DNA of 64,000 bases, taken from Octopus vulgaris. Lineage: Eukaryota. The stretch spans positions 28,644,001 through 28,708,000 of the forward strand of contig OX597824.1 in the NCBI GenBank assembly GCA_951406725.2, read 5' to 3'. The translations under genes were made by a program, and so were the position numbers. The notes under the pieces were generated by a model, which was not told where the DNA came from, did no database searches, and worked only from the letters and a program-made list of their open reading frames with translations. Every line of letters starts with the position of its first letter. Within the stretch, counting starts at the first letter, position 1. Positions 54,918 through 64,000 of the stretch are shown one piece after another.

Positions 54918-56505
54918 GGGCGTCGGAGTGGCTGTGTAGTAAGTAACTTGCTTACCTCATTGCGCATGAGCGAGATAGAATTGTGTTTGACACCGTAGCG
55001 GTAAGACGTGCTTTTGATGCCGTCTTAAATTGAAGACTTTTGAAACTCACCTGTAAGGTAAGATTTCCTTCTGTCTAGTGAGAGCCTGTTGTATGTCGCA
55101 ATTATTTTTACAAACAAGAAGTCCTCACTAGACTTTAGTCTGCCTGAGGCTGAGTGAAAATATTTATTCACTTAATTGTGAAAATTATTGGTTTGGTGGG
55201 CGTATCCTGCCAAAAAAACTTTCGTTTGAAAATAGTGTTTCAACAATATTGTTCCTGTCAAGGAGTACCTAGAAGAAAATTGGAATGATTTTTTAACTGT
55301 TTTACAATTGTGTTAAAATTTTGGCCCGGAGTACCGAGCTGCCTTTGCTGTGTTTTGAACTGTTGCTCTCTCTTTTTCTATCTTTTATTCTAAAAAAAAC
55401 TCTTTATTGAACTGTTAATTTTTTTCCTTCCTTTTGTTTGGACTTTTTTCTTCTTCTTTATTTTTAATTATTTTATATTTTAACAACTGTATTTTTGGAC
55501 TTTTTAAATACAAAAAACATGGCAAATAGCAATGAAAAGTTGGTGGATTGGGAAATTACACCACCCAAAAGATGGTTAAAGGAACTGAAAGTAAGACGGT
55601 GGTTTTGAGGACCTACCCTAGGACCCTCGACGCCATTGCCGTTTTCAGAAAGGATATAATCGAAAGAGAGCTGGCAGATTTTAAGCCAGCGATTAAGCTT
55701 ATCACTCGGGGGGGTCAGATGTGCAACCGTGTGATTGCTGTTTGACTCCCCAGAAGTGGCCCGTGAATTTGCATGCCAACCCCAAGGAGGGCAAGGAAAT
55801 TTTGTTTCTTCCCACTTATTGTGGGAAGAGTTTGACGAGGGATAGGAGATACTATCCGCTGGGGTCTGGGTTGCAGTTGCACCAGGCTCCTCAGCGTAAA
55901 TGTTCTGCCTGCGACTGACTGGGAGGGGTCAAAAGCTATTTTGACCCTATGGACCCAGTCAGACGAAAGTCTGGCTATTTCAATGTTTTAGAGAAGCAGA
56001 AAATCGGCGGGCGATTTTTACCTTCTCTCATCAATATCATCCTTATTTTAACATTCACCTCATCAATGTATATGTCCAGCCTCCAAGCTGCTCTTTGTAA
56101 TGCCTTTATGGCAAATTTTAATGAAATAAAGTAGCTTGCTTAGCAACCCCATCGTTCCGGCTTCAGTCCCACTGCGTGGTACCTTGGGCAAGTGTTTTCT
56201 ACTATAGCCTTGGGCCTACCAAATCCGCTCACACGGATTTGGTAGACGGAAACTGAAAGAAGCCCGTCGTATATATATATGTGTGTGTGTGTTTGAATGT
56301 TTGTGTTTGCCCCCCCACATCGTTTGACAACCGATGCTGGTGTATTTACGTCCCCGCAACTTAGCTGTTTGGCCGATAGAATACGTACTAGGCTTACATA
56401 GAATAAGTCCTTGGGTCGATTTGCTCGACTAAAGGCGGTGCTCCAGCATGGCCACATTCAAATGACTGAAACATGTAAAAGAGTAAAAGTAAAGAGAAAG
56501 AGAGT
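54918..56505 (+). mobile_element. SINE family A split by the insert above (54918-54954 plus 56129-56505)
   Basis: The two halves join into a colinear SINE A. Confidence 0.85.
54955..56128 (+). mobile_element. About 1.17-kb retroposed insert (internally deleted LINE-like) inside a SINE A
   Basis: 14-bp TSD aagtaRcttgctta at 54941-54954 and 56129-56142; decayed ORF start at about 55519; ends in aataaa. Confidence 0.75.
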
Positions 56506-56678
56506 ACACCACTATGCCTGCTCTTATATATTATACTTTATTGTTCTTATTTCTCCCCAGAATGTATTAGTTTGTAAGCTCATTTCCCTAATAGATTTCT
56601 TCAAGACATTTAACCTATTATTTTAACATAATCTCGAGCCCTTACCGTCACAGTATTTTGTAAACATGTGTTTATATA

Positions 56679-57552
56679 CGAAGTCTGATCAATAAGTATC
56701 CGTACTGTTACCATAATAATGAAGCTAAAGCACAGAGTGAAGCTACTTGGCAAAAATTGACCTTGAACTGTGCTGTGCGTAGGCAATAAGTGTTAATATT
56801 GTAGCTCACTTCTGCTTTACACAAGTGCTTAGAAGGAAGGTGTGTAAGCGTGTGATCGTCGCATTGACCATGATAAAGAAAGTTGTCACGGCGATACCTG
56901 CTCCGAGGCCTACACAAAGTTGCGAGAAGTGTAAGGAGAGAAGTGTATGAGCAAGACACAAATGTACGAGTGGTTCAGATGTTTTCAAGATGGCCGAAAA
57001 AATGTCGATAGTGACGAACGTTCTGGGAGACCCACAACCACCAGAACTGAGAAAAACATCGCAAATGTGCGTGCAGCTGTGAGGGTAAATCCTCGAATCA
57101 CCATCGGTGAGTTATCAGAGGATATGCAGGTCAGTTACAGTTAAGTTCAGTCCATTATCACTGAAGATTTGAGTATGGGACGCGTGTCTGCCAAGTTTCT
57201 ACCAAAACTGCTTTCGGCTGACCAAAAAGACACTCGGGTTTCAGTTGCACAAGATCTCTGTGATTGTGTAAAGAACGATGAAGATAATTTGAAAACTTTG
57301 CGTAGGCTTCAGAGCGGGTAGCACGAAGCTTTTGACAAAATTTGATGCATATTCTTTGCTCAACATTCTCAGTCATGTTCAATACAACTATCACACGCTA
57401 CACACCTTCCCTCCAAGCACTGGTGTAAACAGTAGAAGTGAACTACAACGTTAAAACTAAAACTTAGGGTCAATCTGTGCCAAGCGGCTTACCCCGCAAC
57501 CTTTTGCTTCGTTACTATAATAACGGTCCAGATACTTATTGATCAGACAGCG
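56679..57552 (+). mobile_element. Mariner-derived non-autonomous element built from two 5' ends
   Basis: TA-flanked TIRs gtctgatcaataagtatc / gatacttattgatcagac; plus strand MSKTQMYEWFRCFQDGR..DERSGRP; minus strand MTENVEQRICIKFCQKL. Confidence 0.9.
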
Positions 57553-57592
57553 TATGTCTATAAACTCAAATTATATTTAACATTGTGTGTGT

Positions 57593-57976
57593 GGAAGCAC
57601 TCCGTCGGTTACGACGACGAGGGTTCCGGTTGATCCGAATCAACGGAACAGCCTGCTCGTGAAATTACGTGTAAGTGGCTGAGCACTCCACAGACACATG
57701 TACCCTTAACTTAGTTCTCGGGGATATTCAGCGTGACACAGAGAGGGACAAAGGCCGGCCCTTTGAAATACAGGTACAACAGAAACAGGAAGTAAGAGTG
57801 AGAGAAAGTTGTGGTGAAAGAGTACAGCAGGGATCGCCACCATCCCCTGCCGGAGCCTCGTGGAGCTTTAGGTGTTTTCGCTCAATAAACACTCACAACG
57901 CCCGGTCTGGGAATCGAAACCGCGATCCTACGACCGCGAGTCCGCTGCTCTAGCCACTGGGCCATTGCGCCTCCAC
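57593..57976 (-). mobile_element. SINE family B
   Basis: Reverse complement of 38890-39275. Confidence 0.92.
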
Positions 57977-58344
57977 TTATGTATATTACTATATCTATCA
58001 ACTAAAGATATGTTTTATATCTGTTTAACGTCGTCACTATTATCATTGTTTAACGTCCGTTTTCCATGCTAGCGTGTCCTGGACGAATTCACAAGATCTG
58101 ATGATTTCAAGAGCTACATCAGTCTTCAGTGTCTGCTTTTGATATTTCTTCTGCAGTTGGTTAGCCTTATTATATTCTCCAAAATCTGTTTTATGTATGT
58201 TTATATATTCCAACAAATGTGTTTTTTATCTTTTTGCTTTGATGTCGTCGTCTCAGGTTCTACAAATAAGCTCACCTACACATTTCGCTCTACATACTCG
58301 TAAAGGTTCCTATGATGGGTGATGACGGAATAAACCGTCATTCA

Positions 58345-59060
58345 TCTCGCTAAAAATAGCAGCCAAATCTCCCTGAAATGAATTCTATTTCTCTTGAAAT
58401 TTAAGAGCGCAATTAACAAATGCGGTCCATAGTATAATCGCAGACGTCACATTTAGAAAACGCTAGAAAAAGTAGCCAAATTTTCCGCAAATGTGAAATG
58501 TAAAATTACAATTAACAAATACAGTCCACGATTTAAGCGCAGACGTGATATTTAGAAAAAGCTAGATAAAAACAACCAAATTTTCTGCAAATGATATACA
58601 TTCTTCGGGAAATGTAAAAGTGCAATTAACAAATGCAGTCCATGATATAAGCGCGGACGTGATACTTAGGGACAGCTAGAAAAAGGAGCCGAATTTTCCG
58701 TAAATAGTATCCTTCCATCGTGAAATGTAAGAGTGCAATTAAAAACTGCTGTCCCTGACTTAAGTGCAGAATGATATTTAGAAAAAGCTAGAACAAGGTG
58801 CCAAATTTCCCGCAAATGATATCTATCCATCGTGAAATGTAAAAGCGCAATTAACATCTAGAAAAAGATAGAAAAAGGTGCCAAATTTTCCGCAAATTAT
58901 ATCTATCCATCGTGAAATGTAAGGGTGCAGTTAACAAATACAGTCCATAATATAAGAGCAGACGTGATATTTAGAAAAAGCTAGAAAAAAGTTGCTAAAT
59001 TTTCTGTAAATGATATCCAACCATCGTCCAATTAACAAATACAGTCCAGAGGTGATATTT
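58345..59060. repeat. Tandem repeat, about 6-7 diverged units of mostly 100-120 bp
   Basis: gctagaaaaa..gccaaattttccgcaaat...gaaatgtaa..g.gcaattaacaaat.cagtcc...gcagacgtgatatttagaaaa recurs at about 58349, 58462, 58561, 58676, 58787, 58858 and 58980. Confidence 0.88.
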
Positions 59061-59932
59061 AAGTCTGGCCTGAGAGAAAATAAGCATCATGGCAAACATC
59101 ATGGTGGCAACAGAAACCACAGCAATAATGTATACATCCGGGTTTTTTGGTGGGTACAGTAAATTGACTTAAGATTTGAGAGTGACTTTTTAGCAATTAG
59201 CCTTACAATTGTAATTATCTTAGTCATCGTCATCGTCATCGCCACATCGAGGTCACTGATGTAGTCTTCATCGTCGTCATCTTCATCGCAGTTATCATCA
59301 CAATTGTCCACAACGTTGTCGTCTTCATTACCACGATTTTCACCATCGTCAACACATCACCATCGAGGTGGTCATCGTTGTCATCATGATCATCATCATC
59401 ATCAGCAGCAGCAGCAGCGTCGGCATCGTCGTTGTCGTTATCGTTTCTTACCGTCATCATCATCATCATCAACACAACCATCATCTTCATCGTCGTCGTC
59501 GTCGTTGATGTCGCCGTTATCGTCGAAGGCAGTTATTGCTGCATTTTTATCAATATACCAATATATCGATATCATATTACATAACGTTACTTGTGAAACG
59601 TACATCCGTTGTAATATTACACAAATACAGGGTACGCGCATAGATACTTGTCTGTGTGTGTGTGTGCGTGCGCGGGCAAGCCTTGTCCTGTACCAGAGTG
59701 TGAATGTTAGTGCATGTATATGATTAGTACGTGTTTATAAAGACGCACATATATGTATATATATATGTATATATATATAATACATATATATACATATGTA
59801 TATATATAATTATATATACACACTCGTACATACGTACGCATATTATACATGTATATTTTTAGATATATAGACATAAATATATGCATACGCACACACACAC
59901 ACGTAGGGTATTTTGTGTGTGTTGTGTGTGTG

Positions 59933-60066
<134 letters not shown>

Positions 60067-60796
60067 ATACTCACACTCACACATAGCATGACCACACACA
60101 TATTTCACGTGCGCACATACACCTACCCATGCGCGCACGCAAACATACTTATCAGACAGATGCGATCAAGATAGCAGTAATGCACAATATCTATCTCCCC
60201 CCTCTCTCTCTCTCTCTCTCTCCCTCTCTCTCTCTCTCTCCTTCTCTCTCTCTCTCTCTCTCTTACCTTCTCTTTCCGTTTGTCTGTCTCTCCCTCTCTA
60301 CTCTACCTCTCATTTTTCTCTTTCTCCCTCTTTGCTCGCTTGCCGCACCTTTTTGATATTATATCCAACGATATATCAATTACACATTGAACATAATTGC
60401 CCAGCAACGATAAATACGAACCACTGATTAAAGAAGACACGTATGCATGCTATTGGCTTTCTTGCCTCTATCAATTTGTGTGACATTGCTGCGTTGTAAC
60501 TAGTTTTAAGTGACATTATATTAAAAACTGTGCATTTTCGTGAACAACAGATTCATTCTAGTTGGATTTAAACTTATTGTTAAGATCGTGAAGATCCGGG
60601 TCATTTCTTGTTGATCTCTAGACACATATGGCTCATATCTTTTGCTACGGAATTGATTTGACGCTCGCCAATATTAAATACGGTCGGCGTTGGGCGGAAT
60701 GTCAGGAATTTCGAATGTGTACACGAAAAGATATTTTGTTTTCAATCAAGAATATTGTAGGACGCATGACATATATGCGTGAGCGTGTGTGTGCAC

Positions 60797-60845
<49 letters not shown>

Positions 60846-60883
60846 CATACATATATACACATATATATATGTTTATTTATATT

Positions 60884-60950
<67 letters not shown>

Positions 60951-61170
60951 TGTGTATAAACATATACGCACATATATATGTGTATATATGTATGTATGTA
61001 TATATATATATATATATAAAAACACATATAATATATATGAACACACACATATATATGTATATACATATGCATATATACTACAATATGTATATACAAATAT
61101 AAATATATTTGTATATACATATTGTAGTATATATGTATATGTATATACATATATAAATATACATATATAC

Positions 61171-61222
<52 letters not shown>

Positions 61223-61377
61223 TAAATGAATATAAATCTCTGCCCACACCCATACACAGACACACATACATGCACACACACATGAAGATATGTGTGTTCG
61301 TCAATGTATGTGCACAAGTTTCTTACATGTGTATACATGTATGTTTCCGTGCATATATATGCATGTACGCATGTATG

Positions 61378-61411
<34 letters not shown>

Positions 61412-62312
61412 TGTATGTATGTATGTATGTATGTATGTATGTATGTATGTATGTTTGTTTGTCTGTCTGCCTGTTTGTATGTAAGAATGTATACATGTAT
61501 GTTTATGCGTATCCATCACAATTTATAAATTGTATTTGATAAACACACGCTCATATAGAGACAAGTGATGTCTTGAACAAACATACAGTTTGATTTATAC
61601 GTGAAATAAGTCAATGGCTGTATATTTTCTGACCCTTTCCGAGCGTCAGAGGTGCGATGAAGCCCTATGTATTTGATGCATCTGATATAATTGTTGTTTA
61701 ACCCCAACACATCCTTAATCGAATAGATTTACAGAGAAAATCATTCCATTGGTGACAATTAAAAGTTTCCATAGATTATACTTTCAAATATATACATTCT
61801 CCGACTATGATATAGTTGTGAATGTTAGTAGCCTAGTAATGGAAATAGTTGTAATGCGGGTTCCATCTTCATTTTCAAATCATTTCCCCAATATCATAAT
61901 AACTAGCTGTCAGAATACACGAAATAAAAAAGGCTACCTATATTTCGTAGTTTGTCTTGCTAGAAAAAGCAGCCAATTTCTTTGAACCAAATGCAACATT
62001 TATTTATTCATATTCTTTTAAATTTTGCAGCGTTCAGATTTCTATAAGGTGATTGTTAATTCTACAGAATGACATTGAAGGGTAAGTGTTTGAAAACAAG
62101 AGATGTATAATATTTGGGCCTGATAGTGTCAGTTTAAATATTAACTAATTAAATCAGACACACATATTTAAAAGAAAAACACAATATATTTCATAACATC
62201 GTTACAGATATAAAAATAACCACAGGGTTGTTACGGCTGGTAACGACGTAAATCATAAATTTGCAGAATTGAATATGTCCGGTGACGTTGCACCAATAAA
62301 GTCATACATACA

Positions 62313-62345
<33 letters not shown>

Positions 62346-62408
62346 CTATACATACATATATCTATATATATGTGGATGTATGTATATATATATATACACA
62401 TATATATA

Positions 62409-62444
<36 letters not shown>

Positions 62445-62539
62445 CACACACACACACACATACATATATATAGATATATACATATATATATATATACATA
62501 CATCCACATATATATAGATATATGCGTGTGTAAAGCTGA

Positions 62540-62700
62540 TGTGTGTGTGACTTTGTGTCTGTGTTTGACCCCACACACCGCTGAAAACCAGTGTTGCTGT
62601 GTTTACGTCCACGTAAACATAGATTCAGCAAAGGAGACTGATAGAATAAGCACCAGGTTTAGAAAAAATAATAAGTACTGGGGTCGATTCATTTAATTAA
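62540..62700 (+). mobile_element. SINE family A 3' part, diverged
   Basis: tgtgtttacgtcc...gcaaa.gagac.gatagaataag...ggggtcgatt. Confidence 0.7.
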
Positions 62701-63161
62701 AATTCCTTCGATGTCTTAAAAAAATATATATCGATTTTTTTTTATGTAGATTAAGCGAAAAGAGAGGTCCATAATGAAATGTAAATCCTAAGATACGTTA
62801 TTACCTAAATGATTGCGTTTTTCCAAACTTTTCTTGTAGTTTGATGAATTTAAACTTGTGTCAAGTCATATATAAAGCTTTGTGTAAAATGTATGAGAAT
62901 AAACTGAATATTCTGATTGAATCCATAATGTGATGCGAGAAGAGTCTCTTATGTTATTATTATACGAAATGATTTCACCAGACAAGATAGAGACACTTTT
63001 CTTCTCATGCATGCACGCAAGCTCACAACATCAGGCGTTCACATATGCATAGTCATTCTCAAAAACAAAGTGACAGATATATATAAGTTTATGAGTAAAA
63101 CATAGAACAGAGAGAAAGCGATAGGTGACGCATTATCCCAGCAACGTACAGATGGGTGATT

Positions 63162-63460
63162 AAGGCGGCGAGATAGCAGAATCGTTAGGAGGCCGGGCCA
63201 AATACAGAGAGGCACCTCGTCCGTCTTTGTGTTCTGAGTTCAAATTCTTTCGAGGTTGACTTTCCTTTTCATCCTCTGGGTGTCGATAAAATAAGTATTG
63301 CTTAGCGACAATTTGTCCGTCTTCTTGCTCTAAGTTTACATTCCACCGAGATCGACTTTGCCTTTCAAACCTTTTGGGGTAAATGCCAGTTGCACAGTAG
63401 GGTGCATGTAATAATAGACCTATCCTCCTTCCGCCGAAACTGCTGTCCTTGTGCCCAAAT
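63162..63460 (+). mobile_element. SINE family D with an internal duplication
   Basis: aaggcggcgagatagcagaatcgttag...gactttgcctttc, with the latter segment present twice. Confidence 0.8.
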
Positions 63461-63496
63461 TAATTTTAATTTAATTTTTATTTTATTTAATTTTTA

Positions 63497-63850
63497 TTGG
63501 CTCAAAAAGCAAAAGCAAGGCCATGTAGGAGGACATGGAGTTATGTACAAGGAGGGTGTTCATGCAAAGAGTTCAGGCCATTTCTGGTCAAGAGAGACTT
63601 TGAACCGAGTGGTCGTCAGCATCTTCACTATCTCGTCCGGCAGCTTATTCCACGGATCCGCAACCCGGACGGAGAAAGCTCCTCTCCTTCGATTGAGATG
63701 AAATCGTCGTAGATAGAGCTTTTCGGAGTGACCCCGCAGTCCACGCTCTGGAGCAGGAGTGAAGAACAGCTCTTTCGAGAGGTTACATTTTCCGCTTATG
63801 ATGTTGTGAGCGAGAATGAGATCACCACGGTGTCGTCGTTTTTCAAGAGA
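63497..63850 (-). pseudogene. CR1-clade LINE 3' remnant
   Basis: Minus-strand GDLILAHNII...GLRGH...RRRGAFSVRVADPWNKLPDEIV...FKVSLD. Confidence 0.8.
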
Positions 63851-64000
63851 AAATTAGGAAACAATACATACAATGATTTTATGCGATTTACATTACATCA
63901 AGTAACACCCGGTAGGAGTAGCGGGTATTATGTAATATAAAATGAAGAAAAATAAAAGAGAACAATAATACGTGCATTTCAATATATAATGCTGGTAATG

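Noticed and set aside
58345-59060. CRISPR-like periodicity
   Set aside because: Whole units are homologous with no unique spacers; eukaryotic context and no cas genes
60628-61539. Longest ORF (303 aa)
   Set aside because: Almost entirely TA/TG/TATG repeat translation

Overview
AT-rich, repeat-saturated animal genomic DNA with no recognisable host exon. It looks intergenic or intronic, and the SINE and microsatellite content suggests a cephalopod such as Octopus (inference only). Nearly all ORFs in the track are microsatellite or low-complexity artefacts. The identifiable content is: four tRNA-derived SINE families, decayed Tc1/mariner and hAT-like DNA transposons, R4/Dong-type LINE 3' ends stacked in (TAA)n arrays, Tx1/L1- and CR1-type LINE fragments, and two Penelope (RT + GIY-YIG) remnants. 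The main unexplained signal is a set of at least six unrelated short non-coding elements, mostly long inverted repeats and several next to (TA)n tracts. Each carries a type I hammerhead ribozyme (HHR) motif that I folded by eye. Three are packed within 28.9-31.0 kb, including a 355-bp terminally redundant unit that resembles a retrozyme or circular-RNA-derived copy. Five of the six motifs have a mismatch at the normally paired 10.1-11.1 position. SINE boundaries are approximate (about 10-20 bp).
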